Source: a virus
Taxonomy: Duplodnaviria; Caudoviricetes
IMG/VR virus record: IMGVR_UViG_3300035390_000014
Span: 128,001 to 192,000 of that record
Length of the DNA stretch: 64,000 nt
Strand: one strand, 5' to 3'
The translations under genes and the position numbers were made by a program. Position 1 is the stretch's first letter; every line of letters begins with the position of its first letter. Positions 34,398-44,817 of the stretch are shown here, piece by piece. The notes under the pieces are model-generated. The model searched no databases. It was not told the DNA's origin and was given only the letters and a program-made list of their open reading frames with translations.

Positions 34398-34704
34398 TAA
34401 ATGCGATGGCAAAACATTTATTCAATATACTGAAAAACGAGGTAATGGTTTCTATCCAATGAAAATGGTTTGTCCTAAATGTAAAGGTCATGGTAAATTA
34501 GATTGGGTAGAAAATATAACTGGAACTAAAAAAGAAGAAAAAGATCCATACCCAAGTCTTGCAAATCATTTCATGACCTGGGGTTGGAGTGAACCAGAAC
34601 CAACTAAAAAAACATACCAAGATATTAAATGGGATATAAATCCAAGGTTTAAAAAGCAATTAGAAAGACGTATGATAAAAGATTTAAACAAATCACGGAG
34701 GTGA
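34360..34704 (+). CDS. DnaJ-type zinc-finger small protein (tandem paralog)
   Basis: CDKCDG ... CPKCKGHGKLDWVENITG. Confidence 0.7.
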   Translation: MELKLEAGEIICDKCDGKTFIQYTEKRGNGFYPMKMVCPKCKGHGKLDWVENITGTKKEEKDPYPSLANHFMTWGWSEPEPTKKTYQDIKWDINPRFKKQLERRMIKDLNKSRR

Positions 34705-34707
34705 TGT

Positions 34708-36279
34708 TTGATAACAGAAACATTTCTAAATTCATGTTATAGTGTTGTTATAAACAAGACTATAAAAATTAAAAAAAATAAAGCATTATATAGAGATATC
34801 CTTTTAGTTTTAAATTTCCATGAATCTAAAGAACAGCTTGAAATTCCTATGGGAGTAAAAACTAAATTTGATTGTTTAAAGAAAATATGTCAAATGAAGT
34901 TGGATGACAAGTCAACTCAAAATTCTATTGATAGTTTGATGTATAGTAAAAAATATCAAGGACTGGGAGATTTTTTAGAATTTAAAAGAACTGAAGTAAT
35001 AAATGATACTAGTGCTGTTGACATAGTTAAACAAATTAGACTTAAAAAGACTTATAATTCTCTATTTGATAATTATGATAATTTAAGTACATTTGTTAAT
35101 CAATTTAGAGATGGTTCATTTGATAGTTTAGATGATTTAGCTTTGGATTATGAAAATATCATTCAACAAATGTATCTAAATATGATGAATGAAAAAAGAG
35201 GAGTTTCAATTGAGTCCTCAGCTTCATTAGATTTAGCAGCAGATGATTATACACATGTATTGGATTTAATTGTTAAAAAATATGAAAGAAAAAATACAAC
35301 TCCAACTGGTTATGCAATTCTTGATAATGAAGTTTTAAATGGAGGTGGTGAACCGTCTCGTATCTACATAATTGCTGGAGCACCTGGATCAGGTAAATCA
35401 ACTTTCTTAAATAATATAATTGTTAATGCGGCAACTCAAAGTGTTGATTTATTTGAAGAGAAGAGAGATCCAGTCGAAGCAAAGGTAGAAGGTATTGAAA
35501 ATGTTTATATTTATATAACCCTTGAAAATACTATTGAGGAATCTCTATTAAGAACATATCAACCATTATTTAAAAAAGATAAAAATGATGTATTAAGAGA
35601 TATATCAAATGGAGTTGATATAAAGAAAAAAATAAATGATAAGTTGAAAGCTTGTAAATCAACTATCATAATGAAGTATTTCCCTGCTATGAGCGTATCA
35701 TCGTTAGATTTAATGGCTGTTGTTGATGATGCCATTGCTGAATATGGTAAAGGCACCATAAAGGGTTTATACGTTGATTATTTGGATTTAATGAAATGTG
35801 ATACTAAATATGATATGTATAGACTTGAGCTTGGTCATATCACATTATCAATGAAAACATTAGCAGTTGAATATAATATACCTGTGTGGCTTCCTACTCA
35901 ATTGGGTAGAGGTGCATATAGAGTTCAAAATGCAGGAGAGTTGAGTTTGGATCAAATTACAGAATCAGTTAAAAAGGTTGAGCATGCTGATTTTGTTTTA
36001 TTGATGACAAGAGATCCAGTTAATGACAATAGAGTATATGGAAAAGTCGGTAAGAATAGAAGTGGTGTAAGTAATGTTAGTTTAGAGTTTGATGTTAATT
36101 TTGCACATTTTAGATTTAATAGTGTTAGAAAAATTAACAATCCAGCAGCTCCAGATGCAATATCAAATCAACAACAAGCAAATAATTTTGTACCTATCCC
36201 AATATCAAATAAACCATTGATTACTAAACCATCAAGTACTATTCCTAAAAGTTTTGGTGGGATGGGTGAAATTTTTTAA
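34708..36279 (+). CDS. Replicative DnaB-like (T4 gp41-like) helicase, TTG start
   Basis: Walker A GAPGSGKS, ITLEN, VDYLDLM, PTQLGR, GKNRSG. Confidence 0.9.
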   Translation: MITETFLNSCYSVVINKTIKIKKNKALYRDILLVLNFHESKEQLEIPMGVKTKFDCLKKICQMKLDDKSTQNSIDSLMYSKKYQGLGDFLEFKRTEVINDTSAVDIVKQIRLKKTYNSLFDNYDNLSTFVNQFRDGSFDSLDDLALDYENIIQQMYLNMMNEKRGVSIESSASLDLAADDYTHVLDLIVKKYERKNTTPTGYAILDNEVLNGGGEPSRIYIIAGAPGSGKSTFLNNIIVNAATQSVDLFEEKRDPVEAKVEGIENVYIYITLENTIEESLLRTYQPLFKKDKNDVLRDISNGVDIKKKINDKLKACKSTIIMKYFPAMSVSSLDLMAVVDDAIAEYGKGTIKGLYVDYLDLMKCDTKYDMYRLELGHITLSMKTLAVEYNIPVWLPTQLGRGAYRVQNAGELSLDQITESVKKVEHADFVLLMTRDPVNDNRVYGKVGKNRSGVSNVSLEFDVNFAHFRFNSVRKINNPAAPDAISNQQQANNFVPIPISNKPLITKPSSTIPKSFGGMGEIF

Positions 36280-36380
36280 GAAACAAACTCACTTCAAGAA
36301 GACTTCCCATATAGAACATATAATAAAGTTAATCAGTTAAAAACATTTATTTGTATTATACACTATAAGGAGGAGTTATT

Positions 36381-37313
36381 ATGAATAAGAGAGTTAATTA
36401 TATGGAGCTTTTAAAAGAATCTGTTGCTGATCGTGCTCATGACACCACAAAATCAGTAGATGTAAAAGGCCCATTTTTGGATCCAATTCTTGGTTATGAC
36501 GGTGGCGGAGAGCTTACTACCTTTAAAGATGCTTCATCTATTTTAGAAAGATATTATTTCAATCAAGATGCTGACAAAGGTGTTTCTGTTACTAATGAAG
36601 ATGCCACTATCCCACAAGTTGGTGATAACAAAGGTGCTTTAAAAGATGTTCCAGAAGACGTTGATAAATCTAAAGCAGATGCTAAAAAAGCAACTGAATT
36701 AAAAGAAGATGAATTGATGGAAGACGACCTTCTTGAAGATGATGTTGAAAATGCAGTTATTGAAAGATTAATTGCTGAGATGGAAGAAGATGAAGGTCTT
36801 CTTTTTGAAGATGAAGAAATGTTAGAAGGAGAGAGTGCACCTCAAGACCCAGCTGCTAAATTTCATAAAACATCTGGTTTAGATGGTGATGATGAATCTA
36901 TTGTTGATGGCGACGATCATGATGGTGGAGAAGGTGCTGTTAAAAAAGCTACTTTCCCTGCTGGTTCTGACGGTGTTGGTAAAGGCATCAAAGCCGCTAT
37001 GAAAGAAGATTTAGATATATTTGACGATCTTCTTCAAATGGAAGCAGAAGATGCCGAGGCAGGTATTGTTCCTGGTGGAAAAGAAAAACCAGAAGACGAT
37101 GAAGACGATGTGGTTGATGTTGATAAAGAAATGAAAGACGTCAAAGAATCTGGTTCGCCAATTGGTAACCCAGGTACTGCTGACGAATTTGAAAATCTTG
37201 AAGAAGCATTTGATATCTTTACAGAGGCAATGGAAGATGATGATGACGATGATGACGATGATGATGACGATGAAAAACCAGCTAAACTTGGTGATAAAGA
37301 TATAGTAGTTTAA
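36381..37313 (+). CDS. Highly acidic protein, probable prohead scaffold/core
   Basis: D/E-rich with poly-Asp tail, repeated L/M-x-E sites, upstream of portal. Confidence 0.5.
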   Translation: MNKRVNYMELLKESVADRAHDTTKSVDVKGPFLDPILGYDGGGELTTFKDASSILERYYFNQDADKGVSVTNEDATIPQVGDNKGALKDVPEDVDKSKADAKKATELKEDELMEDDLLEDDVENAVIERLIAEMEEDEGLLFEDEEMLEGESAPQDPAAKFHKTSGLDGDDESIVDGDDHDGGEGAVKKATFPAGSDGVGKGIKAAMKEDLDIFDDLLQMEAEDAEAGIVPGGKEKPEDDEDDVVDVDKEMKDVKESGSPIGNPGTADEFENLEEAFDIFTEAMEDDDDDDDDDDDDEKPAKLGDKDIVV

Positions 37314-37382
37314 ATAATTTAATACATGTGAGTGTGTATATCATGCTCACATGTATTAAAATCCGTAAGAAAAGGAATTATT

Positions 37383-37673
37383 ATGAAAGAGAAAATAATA
37401 AAAGTAAAAACTGTTAATAAAATGCTTCTTATAAAAGGAAAATTATCAAGAACTCCTTTAGAAGCAATTATTAAAAGCGAAACTGAGTTAAAACTCTTAA
37501 AAGCTTCAATGATACATCAATGTATTGATTTTGTGGTAGAAGATTATATTAAACCAGAACCAATTAAAAAATCAATAGAAAAACCAATTGCTACAAAGAA
37601 AAAAATAGAAAAGAAAAAAATAGAAAACCCTACAACTATACTTGAGAAATTATCAATTGAAACTGACGAATAA
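37383..37673 (+). CDS. Hypothetical protein (start moved from 37332)
   Basis: AAAGGAA RBS before ATG 37383. Confidence 0.55.
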   Translation: MKEKIIKVKTVNKMLLIKGKLSRTPLEAIIKSETELKLLKASMIHQCIDFVVEDYIKPEPIKKSIEKPIATKKKIEKKKIENPTTILEKLSIETDE

Positions 37674-37695
37674 TTTTTAATCACAGGAAAAATAA

Positions 37696-37998
37696 ATGAA
37701 AAAGATTATTAAAATTTTACAAACGAATGTCGAACCACTATTGATTGTGGATGAAGATGATTCAGAATTAAATGAATATATTCAAAATCTTTCTAATCTA
37801 TTATCAGTAGGACATGTAACTATATTAGAAACAAGTTCTTCAAGTCATATTGTTAGACCACAAAAAATTATTTCTATAAGTGTTACTGAAGAAGGAACAA
37901 GAAAAAGAAAATATACTAAAAAGAAAGATATAAAAGAAGAACCAAAAGAAATTTCTATTGAAACTAAAATACATGAGGATATAATAACAGATGGATAA
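37696..37998 (+). CDS. Hypothetical protein
   Basis: ORF with RBS. Confidence 0.6.
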   Translation: MKKIIKILQTNVEPLLIVDEDDSELNEYIQNLSNLLSVGHVTILETSSSSHIVRPQKIISISVTEEGTRKRKYTKKKDIKEEPKEISIETKIHEDIITDG

Positions 37999-38440
37999 TA
38001 TAAATCCTACAGCTATCATTGGTATATTATCGGCAACCTTTATATTATTTATTTTTATAAAAAATATATTTAGACAAAGCCCTGATCAATATAAAAAAAG
38101 ACAATCTTATGTTGACAAACATGAACAATATATGAAAGTTCTTGATTACTATATGGAAAAAGCATTTGATATAATTTATAAAGATAGAATTTTAGTATAT
38201 TCAATTTCTGGAACTAAACCCGATGAAGAAGACATAAAAAAACATTCAATTGATTTTGCAAAATTGACATTGAAATTATTAGGTACTACTCTTGCAGAAG
38301 AGTATATTTATTTATACGGCGATGAAGATACATTTGTGTTTACTATTATAGAATATTTTAACACTAAAGCAGAGCATGACGAAATTAAACAAGCATCCAT
38401 AAATAATATAATGGAAGGTTCAGATGACCAAATTATATGA
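37991..38440 (+). CDS. Membrane-anchored protein
   Basis: N-terminal TM helix. Confidence 0.6.
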   Translation: MDNINPTAIIGILSATFILFIFIKNIFRQSPDQYKKRQSYVDKHEQYMKVLDYYMEKAFDIIYKDRILVYSISGTKPDEEDIKKHSIDFAKLTLKLLGTTLAEEYIYLYGDEDTFVFTIIEYFNTKAEHDEIKQASINNIMEGSDDQII

Positions 38441-38657
38441 GCAATTTTTTAATGAAGTAAAAAAACCTTCTATAACCTATGTCGATAAAAATGATAAAAT
38501 CGACAGAGAAGTTGGTAGGTTATCTGTTCAAGTTTCTAGAGATAAAGAGGATGCTTTACATAAGAGAATGAAATTTCATAGAGACAAATATAAATATTAT
38601 AAAAAACAAATCATGGACAAATATAGCTCGAAAGTTAAATCTCAAGCAAGGAAATAA
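38424..38657 (+). CDS. Small basic probable head protein
   Basis: N-terminal FFNE motif; immediately before portal. Confidence 0.5.
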   Translation: MTKLYEQFFNEVKKPSITYVDKNDKIDREVGRLSVQVSRDKEDALHKRMKFHRDKYKYYKKQIMDKYSSKVKSQARK

Positions 38658-38659
38658 AT

Positions 38660-40558
38660 ATGGCTGGATTAAAAGATAATTTTGAATTATTAAAGAGAAC
38701 CATTATTGGTACTAAGACTACTAATATTGATGCCAAACTAGATCAAGCGGTTACAGATATAACTAACTTTAAATCTCAAAGTGGTAGAAATGGTTATATT
38801 GATTTAGTCAGAAATTTAATATCTAAATCTACCGGTTCATTTAATATTGATTCCTCTTCTAAAGGTATGTTTGGTCAAGGATCAACCTCACCCGCTATGT
38901 TTGGTCAACAAAAAAGAATGCAACGATATAAAACTTATGCAGGAACAATTTCAACTATTGATTATTGTTATAGAGCATTGGATGTATTAACAGATAATAT
39001 ATGTTCGCCAGATGATATAACAAAAACAACATTAGAAATTAAACCTAAAAAGTTTTTAGAAGATGAAACCCCAACTGAATCTAAAACGGTTCAAGTAAAA
39101 GGGTTAGTTCATAAATTAAAGATAGAAGAACATTTACCTTTAATAGTAAGAAATACTCTTTTGTTTGGAGATTTCTTTTGTGAAATAGCATCACCAAAAA
39201 CGGCTTTAACTAGTTCATCGTATTTAGCAGAACAACAACATTTATTTGAGTCTGGTGTCATAGAAGAATTTGCTGTTCCAATTAAAGGAAAAGATGATTG
39301 GAAAATAAGAATGAATTATGAAGGCTTTGTAGAACTAGGAACTGAAGTTTTAATTGAAGCTGGTGAAACAGATAAAACTGATGGAAAAAAAGATGCATCA
39401 GATGTTGTTTTATTATTTCATGATCCATCAAGAATTGTAAAACTACAAAGTGAACTATATCCAATTTGTTTTGGGTATTTAGTATTTCCAAAAGCTAATG
39501 TAGTTCCTCATTTATCAATGCAAGATCAAGCGGTCAATGACATATGTAATTCAATATTAAAAAATCTTTCTAAAAAAGTTCCTCAAATTGCTGAATTTAA
39601 TGGTAAAGAATTAAAAGATATTGTTGCTTCAATGGTGGCAAGTGGCCAGGATCAATCTAAAGCAACTAGTATTAGATATGTTTCGCCGGATAGAATCCAA
39701 CATTTCATGAGACCATCAACTAAATATGAGCCTTATGGCGAATCTATATTTGATGCTTGTCAGTTCACAGCTAAATGTTTAGTTGCAATGGAAACAGCAT
39801 TAGCAGTTCAACGTCTTGCTAAATCAACAGAAAAAAGAAAGATTGCTGTTGAAATTGGTTTACCAAGAGATGCAAGAAAAATGATTGAAAAATTAAAAGA
39901 GGAACTTAGAAAGAGGAAAGTAACTCTGGATAATTTTGGAACTGTTGATACTATACCTTCTATGATAACAACATTTGAGGATGTTTATATTCCTCAAAAA
40001 GATGGTAAGCCATTTGTTGATATTAGTACATTCAATGAAGGTAATGTTGATATCAGAAGTAAGGTTGACGAGTTGAAATTTCTAAGAGATAGTGTTGTTG
40101 CCTCATTGGGGGTTCCACCTAGTTTTATTAACATTGAGGAAAATCTATCTAATAAAGCAGCTCTAACAGAAGAAAATATTCTTTTTGCTAGAACAATTGT
40201 TAGTCATCAAAAATATATAACACATCAAATGAATAAACTTATACAAAAAGTTTATGATATAATTAGTCCAGAAGAAGCCTTATCAATACTTGATAATGTT
40301 TTGATAGCTCTACCAAGTCCTAAATCTCTTCAATATGAAAGAGAAGCAAGATATTTAAGTGAGTTGGCAAATCTTATTGAAACTCTTGAAAGAGTTGGTA
40401 TACCAAGAGAATACACTAAAAAGAAATATCTATCTAACATAGATTGGGAAGACTTGAAAAATTATGAGGTTGGTGAAAAAATTGAGAAAGAATTAGGAAC
40501 CGAGAAAGAGGATGATCCAATGGCTGGAGGTATGGCTGGAATGGGTGGTGGTTACTAA
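38660..40558 (+). CDS. Portal protein (T4 gp20-like)
   Basis: GD.F.E, YGESI, ETAL.V.RLA...R...V, ED..IP, L.VP.SF.., LTEE.I.FAR; head-gene context. Confidence 0.85.
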   Translation: MAGLKDNFELLKRTIIGTKTTNIDAKLDQAVTDITNFKSQSGRNGYIDLVRNLISKSTGSFNIDSSSKGMFGQGSTSPAMFGQQKRMQRYKTYAGTISTIDYCYRALDVLTDNICSPDDITKTTLEIKPKKFLEDETPTESKTVQVKGLVHKLKIEEHLPLIVRNTLLFGDFFCEIASPKTALTSSSYLAEQQHLFESGVIEEFAVPIKGKDDWKIRMNYEGFVELGTEVLIEAGETDKTDGKKDASDVVLLFHDPSRIVKLQSELYPICFGYLVFPKANVVPHLSMQDQAVNDICNSILKNLSKKVPQIAEFNGKELKDIVASMVASGQDQSKATSIRYVSPDRIQHFMRPSTKYEPYGESIFDACQFTAKCLVAMETALAVQRLAKSTEKRKIAVEIGLPRDARKMIEKLKEELRKRKVTLDNFGTVDTIPSMITTFEDVYIPQKDGKPFVDISTFNEGNVDIRSKVDELKFLRDSVVASLGVPPSFINIEENLSNKAALTEENILFARTIVSHQKYITHQMNKLIQKVYDIISPEEALSILDNVLIALPSPKSLQYEREARYLSELANLIETLERVGIPREYTKKKYLSNIDWEDLKNYEVGEKIEKELGTEKEDDPMAGGMAGMGGGY

Positions 40559-40609
40559 GAATTTTTTAAGAACAAATAAATAAATAATACCTTATAGGAG
40601 GAAACTATC

Positions 40610-40795
40610 ATGCAACAAAAAGTATGTCCAATATGCGAGGCTCAGGAGATGTTTGCTAAAACAGATATTGCTCCAGCACAAGCTAAAATTGTAGAATGGA
40701 CTTGTGGTTTTTGTGGTCATAAAGAAACCGATACAATTCAAATGACTGAATTAGGTGGATATGTAACTGAGACAGAAAGATTAGATCATATATAA
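40610..40795 (+). CDS. Zn-finger miniprotein 1
   Basis: CPIC ... WTCGFCGHKETDTI. Confidence 0.7.
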   Translation: MQQKVCPICEAQEMFAKTDIAPAQAKIVEWTCGFCGHKETDTIQMTELGGYVTETERLDHI

Positions 40796-40842
40796 ACCAT
40801 AAAAAAATAAAATTATTTAAATTATTTACGGAGGAATATAAC

Positions 40843-41061
40843 ATGGCACTTACACCAAAAATTTGTCCAGTATGCCAAGGCGCTGCAGGAATGCCTTATA
40901 TGAAAGGTGTTGTAACACAGAAATTTGATATGACTACTAAGGTTCCAGAGATTACTGAATGGACTTGTCCATATTGTGGTCATAAAGAAACCGACACAAT
41001 TGAGTTCGCCCAATCAGGCGGAAATTATAACAGCGGTATTGTTCAGGGTCCAGTTGCCTAA
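40843..41061 (+). CDS. Zn-finger miniprotein 2
   Basis: CPVC ... WTCPYCGHKETDTI ... NSGIVQGPVA. Confidence 0.7.
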   Translation: MALTPKICPVCQGAAGMPYMKGVVTQKFDMTTKVPEITEWTCPYCGHKETDTIEFAQSGGNYNSGIVQGPVA

Positions 41062-41143
41062 TTCTAAGGTTGGGGGTTAAACTTTCCATGATGGAAAATC
41101 ATTTTTAGCTCCCTTCCTAATCATTCAGTTTGGAGGAAAGATT

Positions 41144-41428
41144 ATGTCTTTTAAACTTTGTACTTCTTGTAGTAATGAGAATTGCGGCACAGCTACGAAT
41201 TATATGACTGGTACGATAACACAACCATTTGACCCTACTAATGATGATCCTCAGATTACTGATTTTGTTTGTCCGTATTGTGGATATACAGAAACTGAAA
41301 TTCTACCTTCTCCACCTGTTATGTCTAATTTTAATAGTGGGATTGGAAGATTAATAGAACCAGTAACACTTGATGTTAGTTATTGGGGAGTTTATAATAG
41401 CGGAATAGTTCAGGGTCCATTAGCTTAG
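41144..41428 (+). CDS. Zn-finger miniprotein 3
   Basis: CTSC ... FVCPYCG ... NSGIVQGPLA. Confidence 0.7.
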   Translation: MSFKLCTSCSNENCGTATNYMTGTITQPFDPTNDDPQITDFVCPYCGYTETEILPSPPVMSNFNSGIGRLIEPVTLDVSYWGVYNSGIVQGPLA

Positions 41429-41436
41429 GTGGTAAT

Positions 41437-42186
41437 ATGAAAAAATATGATATTAATAAAATGTTAGAAGAATGGGGTAGTACTGGTTTATCCGGTGTTG
41501 GTCCATTTCCAGGACAAGATAATGACCCGGAGGATGTTGACAGTCTTTCCGCTGATTCTGGTTCGTCAAATTCTTCTGATTTAACCACTCATTTTCAAGG
41601 TCCATCCGACCCAGAAAATAGACCAGGCCCTGACCAAAAGAAATTGCCTATTAAAGAAGCACCAGGTGATGTAATGTCTACATCAAGTCCAGCTCCACCA
41701 GTAAAAGAAAAACCACCTACTCAACCAAAACCGCCGCCTATGAAAACACCAGATATGCAAGCTCCTCCAGGTGGTATGGGTGCTCCTCCAGGTGGTATGG
41801 GTGGAGAACCTGGTATGGAAGATCCTTCTATGATGGGTATGGGTATGGGAATGCCTGGTCCAGCAGATTCTGGGGAAGTTGGTAGAATATATGAACTTAA
41901 AAAAATATATTCTAGATTAGTATCAATGCAATCATATTTAGCTGGAACAACTGATGTTAATTTAATTAAACTTAGAAACTATGTTTCACAAACAATGGAT
42001 TTATTCAGAACATTGATTTCTAATATTGCTTTATATAAAGATAGATTAGATGAAATAATTATTGTTTTTTATAAAGTTGTTGATAATGTGTATGTTATTT
42101 TATCTAAATATTATAAAGATAAAGACAGTGGTAAAATGGTTCAGGCAGTTGAAGGTAAACTTATTAATAATCCATTTGAAATATAA
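41437..42186 (+). CDS. Pro/Met/Gly-rich protein with helical C-terminus, probable head component
   Basis: N-terminal MLEE, tandem APPGGMG (21-bp repeat). Confidence 0.6.
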   Translation: MKKYDINKMLEEWGSTGLSGVGPFPGQDNDPEDVDSLSADSGSSNSSDLTTHFQGPSDPENRPGPDQKKLPIKEAPGDVMSTSSPAPPVKEKPPTQPKPPPMKTPDMQAPPGGMGAPPGGMGGEPGMEDPSMMGMGMGMPGPADSGEVGRIYELKKIYSRLVSMQSYLAGTTDVNLIKLRNYVSQTMDLFRTLISNIALYKDRLDEIIIVFYKVVDNVYVILSKYYKDKDSGKMVQAVEGKLINNPFEI

Positions 42187-42196
42187 AGGAAATTAT

Positions 42197-43699
42197 ATGA
42201 ATACTGTCAAAATGATAAGTATTATAAATGAGAAATATAAACTAAATTCATTTTTAGGGGTAGATATTATAAAGCAGTATTTAAAAGATAAAGCAGATAT
42301 TGATATGGTATGTGTAACATATCAATTATATGTGCATAATAATATGTATCATGAATTAAGAAAAAATGAATTTGACAATGGTGAAGTAGTTTGTGAGATT
42401 GGTTACCTAGTTAATATTCTTCAAATAATAAAAAATTACGAAGATGGTGTAGAAGATTTATCTACTGGATTAATAATGTTAGATGATGACCAATGGAAAA
42501 CTGTTCATAGTGTTATTGAAAATGCAAATTCTATTGATATAAATAATATTGAAATATTTGGATTTTCATCTCTTTATATTACATTTTTATATTTATTTTT
42601 ATATGCAGCTATTATAAAAAGAAGAAATCCAAATATTAAAATTGTATTTGGTGGGTATCATGTGACCCTTAGTGAAAGAATAAGAAAGTTATTATTAAAA
42701 ACTAATATAGTTGATATAACAATATCTGGTGATGGTTGTAAACCAATGTTAGATATAGCTCAAGGAAAAATAACAGAAGGTGATTATTTTGGAAAGTTTG
42801 AACAAACTCCATCATTACCGCATTATACTAAAATACGAAGAAGAATAGGACCACCAAATTTTTCTACTTTATCATCTGTGGGTTGTAAATTTAATTGTTA
42901 TTTTTGTGCTAGTTCTAGAGAATTTATAGAATGTGATTTAGATTATCTAAAAAAATATATAGAAAGAGAAAATAAAATATACCGCATTAATCATATTAGC
43001 TTTGCCGATGATTGCATCAATCCCACAATCTCGAGAGCAATAGCACTTTGTAATGTTATGAAAAATTTCCCAAGTATAACTTGGAATGCACATTTTGTGT
43101 GTTCTCAATACAATGATAAATTATTAGAAGCATTAGTAGATAGTGGTTGCACTGAATTATTTTTAGGAACTGAAGCATTTTCTGATGATATTTTAGATGT
43201 TATAAATAAAAATTGTAATAAGAAAAAATATTTAGAAACTATTCATAAATTATGTGATGCCGGTATAAAAGTTGTTCTTGGAATTATATGTGGATTACCA
43301 TCAGAAACAGATGAAAAATTTCAAGAAACATTAGATGTTGTAATTAACTTAGTTAAAAACTATGAAGACTTAATTACAATAGCTCCAGTTTGTATTAAAA
43401 TGTTTCCAGGTTCTGAAATGTATAAAAAACCAGACAAGTTTGGTATATCATTTACCTATTGGAGTAAAGATATTATAAATAAATATTGGAAATATAAGAT
43501 AGAAGAAGAATTTCCTGAATTATTACCATTAATTGAAACTATACCTTTTTTGTTTTCTATAGAAGGAGTTTCTGGGAATGATCGTTTTGAAAGACAGGCA
43601 AGATTTTTGCCATTTAAAAAGAATTTATTAATTTATGGTAATGGTGAAAGTCTATCTCTATATAACAATGTAAATGAATTAAAACCAATAACATTGTAA
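42197..43699 (+). CDS. B12-binding-domain radical SAM enzyme (start moved from 42062)
   Basis: KIVFGG.H, GC...CYFC (CKFNCYFC), FADD, G.EAFSD; AAAGGA RBS. Confidence 0.85.
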   Translation: MNTVKMISIINEKYKLNSFLGVDIIKQYLKDKADIDMVCVTYQLYVHNNMYHELRKNEFDNGEVVCEIGYLVNILQIIKNYEDGVEDLSTGLIMLDDDQWKTVHSVIENANSIDINNIEIFGFSSLYITFLYLFLYAAIIKRRNPNIKIVFGGYHVTLSERIRKLLLKTNIVDITISGDGCKPMLDIAQGKITEGDYFGKFEQTPSLPHYTKIRRRIGPPNFSTLSSVGCKFNCYFCASSREFIECDLDYLKKYIERENKIYRINHISFADDCINPTISRAIALCNVMKNFPSITWNAHFVCSQYNDKLLEALVDSGCTELFLGTEAFSDDILDVINKNCNKKKYLETIHKLCDAGIKVVLGIICGLPSETDEKFQETLDVVINLVKNYEDLITIAPVCIKMFPGSEMYKKPDKFGISFTYWSKDIINKYWKYKIEEEFPELLPLIETIPFLFSIEGVSGNDRFERQARFLPFKKNLLIYGNGESLSLYNNVNELKPITL

Positions 43700-43715
43700 A
43701 TGAATTAAAACCAAT
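43669..43715 (+). repeat. 21-bp direct repeat at the 3' end of the radical SAM gene
   Basis: tgtaaatgaattaaaaccaat at 43669-43689 and 43695-43715. Confidence 0.9.
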
Positions 43716-43735
43716 TTAAATAATAGGAGTATATA

Positions 43736-44392
43736 ATGAGCTCTTTTATATTAGAAAGCGCTATATTACAGGAAGCTAAGATAGTTAAAGAAACTCCTGG
43801 TAAAGCAATATTTCGTTGTACCATTCAAACTGCGGATGATATTAATGCAAATAAAAGAATGTATCCAAGAATGGTTCTTGAAAATGGTATGCAAAACTGT
43901 GCCCCAAGAATGAGATCAAGAGCATTCTTATCTGAATTAGATCATCCGATTCCTCAAGGTGGAGCGTTTGACCAAATAAGACAAACTACAGTTCAATTAA
44001 AAGAAGTATCTCATATTATTAGAGATTATGAATGGAAAGGTAATCACCTAGTAGCTGAGATGGAAACAACCTCAACTCCAAATGGTGGAATACTTTGTGG
44101 TCTATTAAGAGACAATTCTGGAATTGGATTTTCTATGCGTGGATTAGCAGAGTTAGAAAGACTTCAAGAATATAATATGGTTAAAGGTCCTTTAACTATT
44201 ATTGCATTTGATGCAGTTTCCCAACCTTCACATAAAGCGGCCGTAGTTAACTTTAGTGAAATGCAATTTGAATCTTCAATGTTAATGGAAAGTGTTGGAC
44301 AAATATGTGTAAATGGTAGATGTTTCTTACCAGACTATTTTGATAAATTAGTAGAATCTAGGATAGTTACATTTTTTGATAAATGGGTGTAG
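43736..44392 (+). CDS. Prohead core protease (T4 gp21-like)
   Basis: NANKRMYP, ELDHP, VSH, GFSMRG, FDAV..PS. Confidence 0.92.
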   Translation: MSSFILESAILQEAKIVKETPGKAIFRCTIQTADDINANKRMYPRMVLENGMQNCAPRMRSRAFLSELDHPIPQGGAFDQIRQTTVQLKEVSHIIRDYEWKGNHLVAEMETTSTPNGGILCGLLRDNSGIGFSMRGLAELERLQEYNMVKGPLTIIAFDAVSQPSHKAAVVNFSEMQFESSMLMESVGQICVNGRCFLPDYFDKLVESRIVTFFDKWV

Positions 44393-44395
44393 ACA

Positions 44396-44809
44396 ATGAG
44401 TAAATTAATTGATATCTATCTTGAATCTTTAAACGAAGGTGTACTTAGCACTGCAGCAAAATATTGGGCACCTAAAGTTGGAAGAGTAGCCAAAACTACT
44501 GGTAAATTTTATGGAAAAGCAGCAATAAAACATGCTCCTGCTGCTGCTTATGCTGTTGGAAAAACTGCACAAACAGTTGCCAAACCAATAGTAAATGCTG
44601 GAAAAAGTGCTGGTAAAGCTATTGGACATGGAGCTGTTAATGCTGTTAGATCAGCTGGAAATAGCATGGCTAATTCAATAAAAAAACGCTGGGCTAAACA
44701 TATGAAAGATAGAAAAAGTAATAAGAATATGAGAAACCTTCATAAAAATATTGCCAGAAATAAAGCTTTGGCCAAATCTAATGCTAATAATGTAAAAAAG
44801 ATAAAGTAA
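44396..44809 (+). CDS. Basic Ala/Lys-rich probable internal head protein
   Basis: IYLESLNEG pro-sequence; in frame with the protease TAG. Confidence 0.55.
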   Translation: MSKLIDIYLESLNEGVLSTAAKYWAPKVGRVAKTTGKFYGKAAIKHAPAAAYAVGKTAQTVAKPIVNAGKSAGKAIGHGAVNAVRSAGNSMANSIKKRWAKHMKDRKSNKNMRNLHKNIARNKALAKSNANNVKKIK

Positions 44810-44817
44810 GGAGATAT

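Noticed and set aside
37230-37275. GATGAT/GAC microsatellite-like run
   Set aside because: Encodes the poly-Asp tail of the acidic scaffold-like protein
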